DNA of 64,000 nt from Thermodesulfobacteriota bacterium (GCA_963675595.2 CAXXLZ010000002.1:4256001-4320000); one strand, 5' to 3'; shown: positions 40,959 to 51,129, counted from the first letter of the stretch. Numbers and translations: made by a program. Notes: generated from the letters alone by a model not told the origin.

Positions 40959-41513
40959 TCAGGGGCCTCGTTGCCCCTGCCAAATCTCCGCCGCTTTTTC
41001 TACAAGCCCGACAAGCTCCCTTGCCTTGCGGCGATGCTCGAAAGCCTGCTCCCGGTCACGACTTACTTGGGAGCGTCTCATGTACTCCATCGCAGGACCC
41101 ATGAACTCATCCTCGACAAGAAGCTTGGCTCGCCCGAGCGTGTTCCGCTTTCCGTCATCATTCGAAAGACAGCTGTGCATGATCGCCAGGTCCCGGATCC
41201 GCTCGAGCACTTTGCCGATCCTGTATCGCCGTTTGTCCACCTCGAACTTCCCGCAGACTCGCTCGAAGTCCCAGGTATTGAAGGCGCTCTCAGGATCAGA
41301 CCAATCAAGCCATGCCCCGCTCTGGCTCTGTTCGGCTAACCGCATGATGGGCGCATGCTCGCTCTGCACATACCAGGCGATAAATTCCAGCGCCTCATCC
41401 TTTTCGTCGTCGCTGTATCTAAGCCAAGGATCGCTGTTTCGTAAAATCTTCAGTCCTGCGGGTACCGGCGCGTCGAGTACGCCATATTCAACAACAACTT
41501 GTTCTTGTTTCAT
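40959..41513 (-). CDS. Hypothetical protein
   Basis: GGAGG SD; 184 aa. Confidence 0.7.
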   Translation of the reverse strand: MKQEQVVVEYGVLDAPVPAGLKILRNSDPWLRYSDDEKDEALEFIAWYVQSEHAPIMRLAEQSQSGAWLDWSDPESAFNTWDFERVCGKFEVDKRRYRIGKVLERIRDLAIMHSCLSNDDGKRNTLGRAKLLVEDEFMGPAMEYMRRSQVSRDREQAFEHRRKARELVGLVEKAAEIWQGQRGP

Positions 41514-41764
41514 GGTGTTTTCCTCCCGGAGTCCAATTCTTTGACCGGACTCTCTCGGCTGCGTATTCACCGAGAGAGCGGAAGTCTGCATCCAGGAAAA
41601 CAGCAACGCCAAACCCTGATAAACCGATCCACCAACGGATGGAACTCGTTTTCAGGCGACCCTCGAAGAGGGGGAAAGGCTTAAATCGGGCTTTCGGCGA
41701 TGGAGTCGAATCCCATTTATGCCTTTAGCCGTGAAGAAAACGGTAGTTACTCGTCACCGATACC

Positions 41765-42049
41765 ATGTCGATACGCCTATCCTATAATCCGGAAGAGCTT
41801 CTTCGCTTTGATCCAGAAACTGGATATGCTACAATCGATTGCATGGGCTATACCAGACAGCGCCTCAAGCCATGGCAACGCCTTGGTATCACCAAGAAGC
41901 AATACCTCACGAGTAAACCCTGGAAAGGCACCGGTCTCTCCAGAGAGAAGTACGAGGAAGTTATCTCGGTCGTACCGCTGGAGCATTTGAATGACCTGAA
42001 GATCGAGGCAGAGGCCGAAGCTTTGGTCGAAAGATTGTTTGCAGGATAA
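41765..42049 (+). CDS. Hypothetical protein with an internal KPW..G.T/S...Y repeat
   Basis: 94-aa ORF. Confidence 0.6.
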   Translation: MSIRLSYNPEELLRFDPETGYATIDCMGYTRQRLKPWQRLGITKKQYLTSKPWKGTGLSREKYEEVISVVPLEHLNDLKIEAEAEALVERLFAG

Positions 42050-42108
42050 TCCGTTGCAATACCTTTCATCTGAACCCATAGTAGTATCTTTCTAAATACG
42101 GAAATACA

Positions 42109-42426
42109 ATGTGGGTGATCGATATCAGACATTGGCTCAACGAAGACAAAACAGGCCCGGCGGTTCCGCAGTTGAGATCAAAGGTCGGGAAAATGGCTGA
42201 GATCATCACCTTTGCCACCTCGCTTGAAAAAGGCCTAAAGACCGCCTCTTCACCCAAATGTTGGCGAAGACCAAACCGAAAACCTTGCAAGGGTGAGTTG
42301 GAAGTTCACTTCACAGCAGAGGATCGGATACACTGGATTTGTCCTGTGTGCGGGGATGAAGGAGTGCTCATGGGATTTCGAGGTCTCATCTGGGACATGA
42401 CCGATGGGAGGGGGACGGCTCACTGA
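42109..42426 (+). CDS. Hypothetical Zn-binding protein
   Basis: C..RP.RKPC and WICPVCG motifs. Confidence 0.7.
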   Translation: MWVIDIRHWLNEDKTGPAVPQLRSKVGKMAEIITFATSLEKGLKTASSPKCWRRPNRKPCKGELEVHFTAEDRIHWICPVCGDEGVLMGFRGLIWDMTDGRGTAH

Positions 42427-42447
42427 GATTATGGAGGCAGATCGGCA

Positions 42448-42657
42448 TTGGAACTCAAGGACAATCGGGCCGCGCTCCTTCTCGAAGTGTCCGATGAAGG
42501 CGAAATAACCGTTGAAGTTGCCGTTAACGGGAGTAAATGCACCGACAAAAATGTCGCCGCAGAAATCTGTCGGGTGATGGCGATGAAGCTCGTCGGAGAT
42601 GAGCAATTTCAAAATGAAATAATGGCATCAATTGAAAACCAAAGCCGGAATGAATAA
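42448..42657 (+). CDS. Small hypothetical protein
   Basis: GGAGG SD; TTG start. Confidence 0.55.
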   Translation: MELKDNRAALLLEVSDEGEITVEVAVNGSKCTDKNVAAEICRVMAMKLVGDEQFQNEIMASIENQSRNE

Positions 42658-43417
42658 ACTCGGTTCTCGTCTCAGAGGGTTACAAAGCATTAAACTTTCC
42701 CGCCCAATAACCGATCAGAATATACAAAGGCAAAGTAAAAGCGAGAAACGCCGCTAGACTTCAACGCAAAACGCATAAACCCTTGCGCCTATTGGCCCCA
42801 AAAGGGTTATCATTTAGAAACGGAAGTATGAATGCGGTGGAGAGCTACTGGAATGTTGTTGCATATTCTCGCCGAGCGCCTACAAACATGTTCAGACGAA
42901 CACCGTCGCCGGGGAGAACAACCGCATTATTGGTGCTCACATGGTAACCGTCTACGTTGGATCGTTCACTGACGAAGAAAACCCCTAATATGTGAGTCAG
43001 GTAAGGCGTGAAAATGTCCAGCCCAACATCAGAAAGCCCGTAGAGTCGCATGATACGGGCTTATTCTTCTTAGGATATTTTGGGTTGGATTTCGAGCTTC
43101 TTCGGGGAAGCCAAAGAATCTTATAAAATCACTTCCGACAACGTCTCCAGAACCTCCTCAACCGACCGGACAACCCGCCCACAGGACATTTCGATCATCG
43201 CATTGACAACGGAGTTCCTCGACTCTCCGGCGTTTTGAAAATCAGTCCTGATCCCGATAATTCTTGAGCACTCCGAGTTCTTGACGACACACGCATTGAA
43301 AGCGATCCCAAAGACGCCGGGCATGTATACGCGAGCGCATTCTCCCGACGGCAGGTTTGTATTCTTCGGCTTAAACGGACTGCTTTGATCGCAGGAAAAC
43401 CATCGCAGAAAACGATA

Positions 43418-45919
43418 TTACTGCCGAGACAACATTGCCCTGACTGCGTAAGCCAACCCTCGGTACGTGAAAGGTTTCTGAATGAATTCCACTCCTTGTT
43501 CCAAGATACCGCGGTTCGCGATGACGTCCGCCGTATAGCCCGAGGTGAACAACGTCCTCATTCCGGCATGGATTACCATAAGTCGCTCCGAAAGTTCCCG
43601 ACCATTCATTTCCGGCATGACTACGTCGGTGATCAGTAGGTCGATTTGACCGACATGTCTCTGTGCCAGTTGGATGGCTTCGCTCGGGGTATTCGCCGCC
43701 AGGACCCGATAACCCAATCTCACGAGCATGGTCTTAGCCATGTTCAGGATCGCACCGTCGTCCTCGACCAAAAGTATGGTTTCCTTGCCCCCGGGAGTTG
43801 TCCAGGTCTCTTTCCTGTTTCTAATTTCATTATTTTGAGACTTATACCTCGGCAGATGGATGGTGAAATTCGTTCCCTCACCCGGCTCGCTTTCGACGTC
43901 GATATATCCCCCGTTCTGTTTGACGATGCCATAGACCGTTGCCAGACCTAACCCCGTTCCTTTGCCGGCTCCCTTCGTGGTGAAGAAGGGTTCGAACAAC
44001 TTGTCGAGAGTTTCTTTCTCCATGCCGCGACCGTCATCGCCTACCGCCAGAGCCACAAACTGGCCGGGAACCGCCCCTGCGTGCGCCGCACAGTATTCTT
44101 CGTCCAACACTACGTTCTTGGTCCGGATGGTCACATTTCCGCTTTCGGATACGGCATCCCTCGCGTTGACGCACAGGTTGGCCAAAATCTGATCGACCTG
44201 TGATGGATCCATTTTCACTGGCCACAAATCCTTACCCGGCAGCCAAGCAATTTCGATATCTTCCCCCATAAGACTTCTCAGGATGCTGAGCATCCTCTCC
44301 ACGGTTGTGTTCAAGTCGAGAATCTTGGGTGTAATGGTCTGTTTTCTGGCAAAGCCCAGAAGCTGCTCGGTAAGGTGCGCGGAGCGTTGTGCCGCTTTGT
44401 GAATCTCCTTCAGGTCAGTAAAAAGCGCTTCCCCCCGCTCCGTTTGATCAAGGGCTAGTTCCACGTGACCCAGAATAACGCCCAGCATGTTGTTGAAATC
44501 GTGGGCCACGCCTCCGGCCAATCGAGCAACGGATTCCATTTTCTGTGCTTGAGTCAACTGCCTTTGGAGCTTCTCCCGCTCCTCGTCCGCCCGCTTCCGT
44601 TCCGTAATGTCTTCGCCAACGGACTGATAGGCGACGACCTTTCCTCCATCGTCGAACAGCGCCCGATTTGTCCAGCGTTGCCAACGGATTCCTTCTTGCC
44701 CCATCTTTACCGAGTGCTCGTAGGTCCGCACGGGAGATTGGGAGGTCAATGAGGCCAAGTTGGCCAAAACCGTCTGACGGTCCGCTTCGGGGATGAGGGA
44801 AAGAAAAGAGGTTCCGATCAACTCCCGGGCGGACTTCCCGAAATAGTCACAGTAGGCCTGATTCACATAGGTGATCTCGCATTCGGGTCCGAAACGACAG
44901 ATCAGCACTGGGGTATCTTCCACAACCGCCCTATACCGTTCTTCACTCCGGCGAAGCGCCTCCTCAAATCGTCTTCGTTCGAGTGCGCTAAAAAAAGTCT
45001 CGCCCACAAGACCCAACAAGGCCTTATCGTCGTCGGTCCAGACTCGGACAGTGCGCAGCGAATCGAATCCCAAGAAGCCCCGCAGTTCGTCACCCAGCTT
45101 CATGGGCACCACGATGAGCGATCGAATCCCCTGGGCCTCCAGGTGTTCCCGCTCCAATCGAGCCTCTTCCGGCAGGGCCGAAACGTCGGGTTGGTGAAGG
45201 AGTCGGCGTTTCCTCATAAGATCAGCGAACCACGGCAGTTCTTCGTCCAGTACAATTCCTTTAAGGTTTTCCATCTGCGGTTCGATTCCGGGGGCGCACC
45301 ATTCATGGGTGTTGTCGAAAACCGACTCTCCGTTTCGGCTCAAGAACACGTAAGCACGATCCGCATCGGTAAATTCCGCGATCCGGCCCAGAGCCCGCTC
45401 AATAGCCTCGTCGATCTCATTACCCCGCAACCCCGTGAACTCGGATGAAATTTCCGTGACCAGACGTTCGAATGCCACTCGCCGAGCCAAGTCGGTCTCC
45501 GCCCGTTTACGTTCGGAAACATCTTTGAGAAAGGTGAGAACCGCGGGTCCTCCCTCCCAATCCACTCGAACGGCGTTCAGCTCTACGTGGCGAATTTCGC
45601 CCGACTTTCTGATAATCCGAAATCCATAGTCAGGTGGCACTTGCGCCCCCTGGAGGCGCTTGACATGGTTCTCCATCACCAGGGCACGGTCATCGGGATG
45701 AATGAAATCGACAAACGGTCGGGACTGTAATTCTCGAGCCGAGTATCCGGAAAGCTCTTCGGTTTTGGGATTGGTGAAGATCAGCGCGCCGTCCCGCGAA
45801 ACGAAAACCGCTTCCCCCGCGTGATCCACCAACGTCCGGTATTTCTCCTCACTCAACCGAAGAGGTCCCAAATGGGACTCGATTTCCTGTGTTGCTCGTC
45901 CTTCCTTTATCTCCGTCAT
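43418..45919 (-). CDS. PAS-GAF-PAS hybrid histidine kinase/response regulator
   Basis: AGGVAHDFNN, FFTTK, GTGLGL, TDVVMPEMNG. Confidence 0.95.
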   Translation of the reverse strand: MTEIKEGRATQEIESHLGPLRLSEEKYRTLVDHAGEAVFVSRDGALIFTNPKTEELSGYSARELQSRPFVDFIHPDDRALVMENHVKRLQGAQVPPDYGFRIIRKSGEIRHVELNAVRVDWEGGPAVLTFLKDVSERKRAETDLARRVAFERLVTEISSEFTGLRGNEIDEAIERALGRIAEFTDADRAYVFLSRNGESVFDNTHEWCAPGIEPQMENLKGIVLDEELPWFADLMRKRRLLHQPDVSALPEEARLEREHLEAQGIRSLIVVPMKLGDELRGFLGFDSLRTVRVWTDDDKALLGLVGETFFSALERRRFEEALRRSEERYRAVVEDTPVLICRFGPECEITYVNQAYCDYFGKSARELIGTSFLSLIPEADRQTVLANLASLTSQSPVRTYEHSVKMGQEGIRWQRWTNRALFDDGGKVVAYQSVGEDITERKRADEEREKLQRQLTQAQKMESVARLAGGVAHDFNNMLGVILGHVELALDQTERGEALFTDLKEIHKAAQRSAHLTEQLLGFARKQTITPKILDLNTTVERMLSILRSLMGEDIEIAWLPGKDLWPVKMDPSQVDQILANLCVNARDAVSESGNVTIRTKNVVLDEEYCAAHAGAVPGQFVALAVGDDGRGMEKETLDKLFEPFFTTKGAGKGTGLGLATVYGIVKQNGGYIDVESEPGEGTNFTIHLPRYKSQNNEIRNRKETWTTPGGKETILLVEDDGAILNMAKTMLVRLGYRVLAANTPSEAIQLAQRHVGQIDLLITDVVMPEMNGRELSERLMVIHAGMRTLFTSGYTADVIANRGILEQGVEFIQKPFTYRGLAYAVRAMLSRQ

Positions 45920-46249
45920 TGCGCCGCCTACGTCGAGGTTTCCCTAAGTAAAGCATCGTTTTCCGATCTCCAGGCCGGCTCCATTCGAAAGCCTGCGAGC
46001 GACTTTTCGCACCCCATACCCGCCGATGGCCGTCGCCCCAATTCCGGCGTGTTCTATCCGGAAAGCCGGGCTTAGCGCCGGTCGTCGTTTCAGTCACCTT
46101 CGAGAATCTCTCTCACTTTGGCCGCTAAGGCCCGCACTAAAAAAAGATTTACGAACAAAGCTGAATCTTACCCGCAATTCCGGGTCTTTTCCATTGTCCA
46201 AGTCATCCTCATACCCTGAAATATACAGCCCCCGAATGTCATTCACCGA

Positions 46250-46588
46250 TACAACGATTTTTTCCCGAATGGTTCATCGTAACCGCTTTTGCAACCCCGT
46301 CAGCGACCTGATTCAGGTCCAAGGCTCTCAAGTTAATCTTCTTTTTTCGACTGAAGGCCGGCAGTTGCCGCACCAAGTCCCTGGCCCGTGATCCGGCTTT
46401 GAGCATCTCGTTGCGGACTCCCTGGGCTCACCTCTTTCGCTAAAGTCATCAAAGGTCATTTCCGAGTGCCCGATGATCGGTACCTGCAGATTGTTCAAGT
46501 CATTGGCTACCCCGCCGGCCTGCCCACGGATTCGCATTTTCTGGAACTGGCTCAACTGCATTTCAAGTTTCTCGTGCGTTTCCTCCAC
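46250..46588 (-). pseudogene. Degenerate histidine kinase fragment
   Basis: QLSQFQKM...AGGVANDLNN with frameshifts; H-box His lost. Confidence 0.65.
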
Positions 46589-46732
46589 AGACCTCTGCTT
46601 GGCAGCATAAAGCCAAGATTACAACGTATTCGCAGAACAAAATGACGTTTTTTCAGATTATTAATAGTCGGAGAAGCTGTCAATTGGGAGTTACCGCTAT
46701 TTTTGCCCAGGTAAAAACTTTGTGACATTTTT

Positions 46733-47108
46733 CGAAGCGCCTCACCCCGAGGCGCCCCCATCCACTCCGACCTGCTCCGCGATTTCGTTCATGACATCAA
46801 AGACCCTGATCACTTCCTTCGCGAAGAATTCGTTGTTCTCAATTGAAGGCCTTTGAACGCACCCATCACTCCTCACAGCGCTCGCCTGGTACACCAACTT
46901 GAACGCCATCCCAAGCCGAGCCTGCATGGTGCGATCATCCTTCCATTTCCGTCGCACGACAGGCTTCACGTTTTGTGGCGAACCTGGGTCTTCTTTCTCC
47001 AGCAATTCGTCGATCATTTCCGACGCTTCTTCCAAGGTCAGGCTTTCCAGAGGCCGATCGAACTGGGCCTCGGTTCGACCGATCAGGTCAGCCAAAAACT
47101 CAACCTGC
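46733..47108 (-). repeat. 5'-truncated duplicate (about 375 bp) of the gene at 48643-49041
   Basis: Near-identical to 48634-49010. Confidence 0.9.
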
Positions 47109-47542
47109 TAAAACGCTCATGGAGGAAACGGCCGCCCTGAACTCCGTCCTGAGGGCTCAAGGGCGCCACCCTCCTCACTGTCCAGATCGAGGAACCCAAC
47201 GACACCCAAATCGAGGCCCTGATTGCTCTTGGATAAACAATAGAGGTCGGTTTTGTGTCGAGAACCCTTTGCCGACCTAATTGCCTCTTGTGGCTGTTCC
47301 CGCTCGGATACGGTTTTTGGGGACTGCTGGGATTCCGAAAGTGATTAATATTCAGGAAATATAACCTTGTCTGTCGAAATGCAGAAAAGGTGAGGTCTCA
47401 TAGAAATCTCGCTTCTTTATCGGAATTATTCACCCGATTGGATCGGGAAACAGGGCTCCGACTCCCGAAATAGCCGTCCATCGACCCGCATTGTGCTTCC
47501 GTAACTAGTTGAAATGACAACTCGCAGTAGATTGAGGGCTGT

Positions 47543-47558
47543 TGGCTCTTTTTTTGCT
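47543..47558 (+). promoter_or_regulatory. Sigma-54 promoter upstream of the riboswitch
   Basis: TGGCTCTTTTTTTGCT fits GG-N10-GC. Confidence 0.65.
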
Positions 47559-47567
47559 AAGAATCTT

Positions 47568-47650
47568 CCAAGATAAAAAGCCAAACCCGTCGTGAGGCGG
47601 GGACGGAAAGCCACGGGTCTTCAAATGAAGACGGCCGGGTTGCCTGCAAA
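47568..47650 (+). ncRNA. Cyclic di-GMP-I (GEMM-I) riboswitch
   Basis: GCCAAACCCGTC-GTGA-GGCGGGGACGGAAAGCCACGGGTCTTC...GAAGACGGCCGGGTTGCC fits the GEMM-I consensus. Confidence 0.9.
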
Positions 47651-47676
47651 AGGGTAATCCGGCCGTCTTTTTGTTT
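47628..47676 (+). terminator. Riboswitch expression-platform terminator
   Basis: AAGACGGCCGGGTTGCC pairs with GGTAATCCGGCCGTCTT, followed by a T-tract; overlaps the aptamer. Confidence 0.8.
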
Positions 47677-47740
47677 CCGCCGGCGCGGAGAAAGGAAAGG
47701 CGGCCGGTTAGAGCACATCGTTCGAATGGAGGGAGCTTGG

Positions 47741-48397
47741 ATGAGGAAGTTGCTTTGGTCTTGTTTGGTGATGGCCTTGATTTTCTCGGCCGTGGCGGAG
47801 TCTCAGGCGTATACGGTTTCTTCAGGGTACCTTTCGCCGTCCACATTGGTGGGTGCGGTGCGGTACCGATCATTCAACAACACCGGTGGGGAAGAGGTCT
47901 ATTTGGGTATTCCCGATTTGGGCGCGGCCGGCAACAGAGTAGGCCAAAACATTACCTGGGGAGTATCGCAGGAGTTCACATTTACGTATGATGCGAATAC
48001 CGATATGCTTTCTACGACGGTGGGATCAAATACTACAAAATATTATACGATTTCGGACCCTCTGGTTGATCTCAACTACATGCAATGGTTGGTCCGAGCC
48101 CAATCGGGTACCACGGTGGAAATGAACAACGCCACTTTGAACGGCCAATCTCTGGGATCTTTTTCCGCAACCAACGGGCAGACACTGAACTGGTATATCC
48201 AAGGCATTGATCTGAGTAACGGTTTCACATTTACCGGCACTATTAACCTTTCCGGGACCTTTACTAACAGCCAGGAAGCGAGCAAGATTGAAATCGACTT
48301 TGGAAACGCGGTACCCATCCCAGGAGCAGTATGGCTGCTTGGCTCCGGTCTTGTGGGACTGATGGGATTCCGAAAGCGATTGAAATTCAGGAAATAG
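47741..48397 (+). CDS. PEP-CTERM/VPLPA-CTERM exosortase substrate
   Basis: Signal peptide; C-terminal VPIPGAVWLLGSGLVGLMGFRKR. Confidence 0.9.
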   Translation: MRKLLWSCLVMALIFSAVAESQAYTVSSGYLSPSTLVGAVRYRSFNNTGGEEVYLGIPDLGAAGNRVGQNITWGVSQEFTFTYDANTDMLSTTVGSNTTKYYTISDPLVDLNYMQWLVRAQSGTTVEMNNATLNGQSLGSFSATNGQTLNWYIQGIDLSNGFTFTGTINLSGTFTNSQEASKIEIDFGNAVPIPGAVWLLGSGLVGLMGFRKRLKFRK

Positions 48398-48420
48398 TCC
48401 TGCTTCGGCCAGTGCAAATG

Positions 48421-48448
48421 ACGGGATCTTTCGGGGTCCCGTTTTTTT
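48421..48448 (+). terminator. Intrinsic terminator
   Basis: ACGGGA...TCCCGT followed by a T-tract. Confidence 0.75.
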
Positions 48449-48642
48449 GTATTCTTCTCAAGACTCTGGGATATTTCGATGCGAACGGTGTTCCCACTCT
48501 CAGCAGGTTTCACGATATTCTCCATTTCTTTCTCACATCTCATGAAAAGGCCCCTCGTTTTTTATGTAGATCCCTTCCGTCATCTCATCTTTGACATAGG
48601 AGTACCCGTCATGTTTTTGCTCTTCCTCAAATCCGAAGCGCC

Positions 48643-49041
48643 TCACCCCGAGGCACCTCCATCGACTCCAACCCGCTCCGCGATCTCGTTAATGGCATCA
48701 AAGACCCTGATCACTTCCTTCCCGAAAAATTCGTTGTTCTCAATCGAAGGCCTTTGAACGCACCCATCGCTCCTCACCACGCTCGCCTGGTACACCAACT
48801 TGAAGGCCATACCGAGCCGAGCCTGCATGGTGCGATCATCCTTACATTTCCTTCGCACGACAGGCTTCACGTTTTGTGGCGAACCTGGGTCTTCCTTTTC
48901 CAGCAGTTCATCGATCATTTCCGACGCTTCTTCCAAGGTCAGGCTTTCCAACGGCCGATCAAATCTGGTCTCGGTTCGATCGATCAGATCAGCCAAAAAC
49001 TCGACCTGCTTTGGGCTTGCCATTCTACTTACAGCTTCCAT
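48643..49041 (-). CDS. Hypothetical protein with DUF3072-like N-terminus
   Basis: ASPKQVEFLADL...LTLEEASEMIDEL; GGAGG SD. Confidence 0.7.
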   Translation of the reverse strand: MEAVSRMASPKQVEFLADLIDRTETRFDRPLESLTLEEASEMIDELLEKEDPGSPQNVKPVVRRKCKDDRTMQARLGMAFKLVYQASVVRSDGCVQRPSIENNEFFGKEVIRVFDAINEIAERVGVDGGASG

Positions 49042-49341
49042 TTTCTTTTCCTCCGAGTGAGCGGCTTTTTTTCCCTCTCCTCAGGTCTTGAGGGAGAGGG
49101 GTTTGCCTATCACTGAAAAGGCCAACCGTTCCTACACGACCCCAGGCTCCTCACAAAGACTTTCCAGAAAGCAGGAGAATAAAAAAGCCACCCGATGAAT
49201 TGAATGGCTCTTTGAAATGTGTCACTTCTCCGGTTATACAGTAGGTCGTGTCAATCGAAAGCTTGAACTCGAAACCTCATCCACGAAGACGCTATGCCCA
49301 CTAGGGGAAACTCGACTCGATAACCGCGACCCTGCCGGCAT

Positions 49342-49365
49342 TTTGGTGTGTCATTTGGTGTGTCA
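49342..49365 (+). repeat. Tandem TTTGGTGTGTCA, putative integrase arm-type sites (related copy at 49218)
   Basis: Direct repeats about 115 bp from the att core. Confidence 0.6.
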
Positions 49366-49480
49366 CTTTTTTGAAAAATCAGCCAGAATCGGAATTAGGT
49401 GCCCGAGATTGAGAATCGACTAATCTTGTCAAATCAGTAAGTTACTCTTAATTGAGGAAGTTTGAAGCTTGGGAGTCACT

Positions 49481-49527
49481 GACTGAAAATCCCCGTGTCG
49501 GCGGTTCAATTCCGTCCCTCGGCACCA
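49481..49527 (+). other. att site: 3' half of tRNA-Phe(GAA), not a complete tRNA
   Basis: GACTGAAAATCCCCGTGTCGGCGGTTCAATTCCGTCCCTCGGCACCA; D-arm and 5' acceptor strand absent. Confidence 0.88.
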
Positions 49528-49537
49528 CCAGTTTGAT

Positions 49538-49579
49538 CAAATGAGGGGGCCCCGTTTTTGGGTGCCCCCTCATTTTTTT
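49538..49579 (+). terminator. Terminator of the original tRNA locus
   Basis: AAATGAGGGG...CCCCTCATTTTTTT. Confidence 0.8.
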
Positions 49580-49648
49580 GGGCGTTCCTGATTTCACGAC
49601 TACCGTCCCGGACGGCGTTAACAATACCGATCTTATCAAAGCGCCCAT

Positions 49649-49807
49649 TTACTCTTTTTTGAAATGCTCTTTAATCGCTCTGCAGACCGGACACTTCCAA
49701 TCGTCCGGGAGGTCTTCGAACTTGGTTCCCTTGGGAATTCCTTTGCCCGGATCACCGGCCTCCGGATAGTAGACATAACCGCAAACCTTGCAAACATACC
49801 AATCCAT
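49649..49807 (-). CDS. Rubredoxin (52 aa); not in the ORF track
   Basis: [31 protein letters not shown]. Confidence 0.95.
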   Translation of the reverse strand: MDWYVCKVCGYVYYPEAGDPGKGIPKGTKFEDLPDDWKCPVCRAIKEHFKKE

Positions 49808-49887
49808 AAACGTCCATTCTCCTCTTTATGCTGTCGTGCCGATGGTGCAGATGGGGACGCCGGCAAAAAGTAAGCTACCCGGCCGGC

Positions 49888-50286
49888 TTACGTCAGATCG
49901 AAATGAGGATTCCATGCTACTTCCCAGAAGAATCCGTCAGGGTCTGAGAAATATCCCGAGTATCCGCCCCAATCCGTGCCTTTGGCCGGTTTCCGCAGGA
50001 GGCCCCCGGCCTTCTCGGCCTCTCCCATCACCCGATCCACCTCCTCTTTCGAGGACACATTATGCGCCAAAGTGAATCCTCGGAAACCGCTTCCTTGCGG
50101 ATCGACCCGAGCGTCGCTTGCCAACTGATCTTTCGGATACAGCGCAAGCCATGTACCGGATAGCTCGAAGAAGGTAATCCCCGGGAAGTCACCATATGTG
50201 GGCAGCCCCAGTCCGTCTCGGTAGAATGCGGTGGATCGTTCAAGGTCCGAGACCGCCAGTGTAATGATGCTGATTTTCGGTTTCAT
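49888..50286 (-). CDS. VOC/glyoxalase-family protein
   Basis: ITLAVSDLERSTAFY, WGGYSGYFSDPDGFFWEVAWNP. Confidence 0.92.
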   Translation of the reverse strand: MKPKISIITLAVSDLERSTAFYRDGLGLPTYGDFPGITFFELSGTWLALYPKDQLASDARVDPQGSGFRGFTLAHNVSSKEEVDRVMGEAEKAGGLLRKPAKGTDWGGYSGYFSDPDGFFWEVAWNPHFDLT

Positions 50287-50424
50287 ATGTTGCCCTGGAC
50301 GACACCCAACGAAAATGAGGTGTATCCGCATGAAATGCTTCTTTGGTCGTTTCCGCCGTGTAAAACGGCTCCGTAAATCTGCCAATGTGCCAATGGGGAC
50401 GCCGGCAAAAAGTAGGCTACTCCG

Positions 50425-50765
50425 CCATTAAACCATACCCGTTTTCACGGGCCATGGATTCCCCTCTTTCAACGGAATCACCTACCGCGGGAGCGCTCAG
50501 CTCCAACCGTCGTGACAGTGCCGGTTCCCTGTGCTATGGACCAGGCTATTTTACCGCCAAAAAACAGAAAGACTCCTTGCCTTTACCTGCTTCCGCTGTT
50601 TACCCCCGGACAATAGGTCACGCGGATCCATATCGTAAATCTCAGCAACCCCTTCGGCAATCCGATCTGCATGATATCCCAAGCGCTTCCATTTGTAACG
50701 TCGGTCGTATGGTTCATCAGCCTGCGAGAGCAAATTCTCCACAAACGAAGAACTTCCCGGGTAAT
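50425..50765 (-). pseudogene. C-terminal remnant of a RAYT/Y1 transposase
   Basis: GSSSFVE...VAEIY.....LLSGGKQR..VKARS pattern with frameshifts. Confidence 0.6.
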
Positions 50766-50889
50766 CATTCACGGGGGGACTCGTCTATGGTAGGGGCAGG
50801 CCACAGTGCCTGCCCAAAAGACGGCCGAAGGCCCACCATCTCCCCTGTGTCCCCCGTGCCGGCGTCCCTCTACGGCACACCCCGTGAAT
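50766..50889. repeat. MITE/REP-like unit containing a GTAG-REP (second copy at 59455-59560)
   Basis: ATTCACGGG...CCCGTGAAT ends; GTAGGGGCAGGCCACAGTGCCTGCCC. Confidence 0.75.
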
Positions 50890-50915
50890 AGGTGCGTCCT
50901 TATTGGTGGCTTTCG

Positions 50916-51124
50916 GAAGACATTAGGAGCTCACGGAAGCCGACCAAGACGATCCGTCGGCCGCCTGATACGCGTAGGAGTTTCATGTGTCGTCTTCGAT
51001 CCGGAACGGACGTGTTGACAAGAAAGTGGAATACGTTTGAAGGGGATTTCAGTCGGGACATCTCATCTGTATCAACGACTCCAACGGCCTACCAGCGTTT
51101 GTCATGTTAGTCAACAACGTCCCC
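50916..51124. repeat. About 210-bp direct repeat, copy A (copy B at 51711-51919)
   Basis: GAAGACATTRGGAGCTCACGGAAGCCG...TCAACAACGTCCC occurs twice. Confidence 0.9.
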
Positions 51125-51129
51125 TACTT

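Larger units (their letters stand above)
1..49527. mobile_element. tRNA-Phe-integrated genomic island / integrative element (right-hand part; left boundary not seen)
   Basis: Duplicated 3' half of tRNA-Phe at 49481-49527 with arm-like repeats upstream. Backbone genes (Cdc6, HerA-like ATPase, RadC, AAA-DUF1257-DUF2997-DUF3150). Whether 1-15.1 kb belongs to the island is inferred. Confidence 0.7.

Noticed and set aside
42845-43380. Short minus-strand ORFs downstream of the kinase
   Set aside because: No recognisable family; possibly a decayed gene that I cannot support.
46733-49010. TR/VR pair of a diversity-generating retroelement
   Set aside because: Differences are scattered and not adenine-specific, and there is no DGR-type RT.
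49481-49527. Functional tRNA-Phe gene
   Set aside because: The 5' acceptor strand and D-arm are missing, so it is treated as an att duplication.
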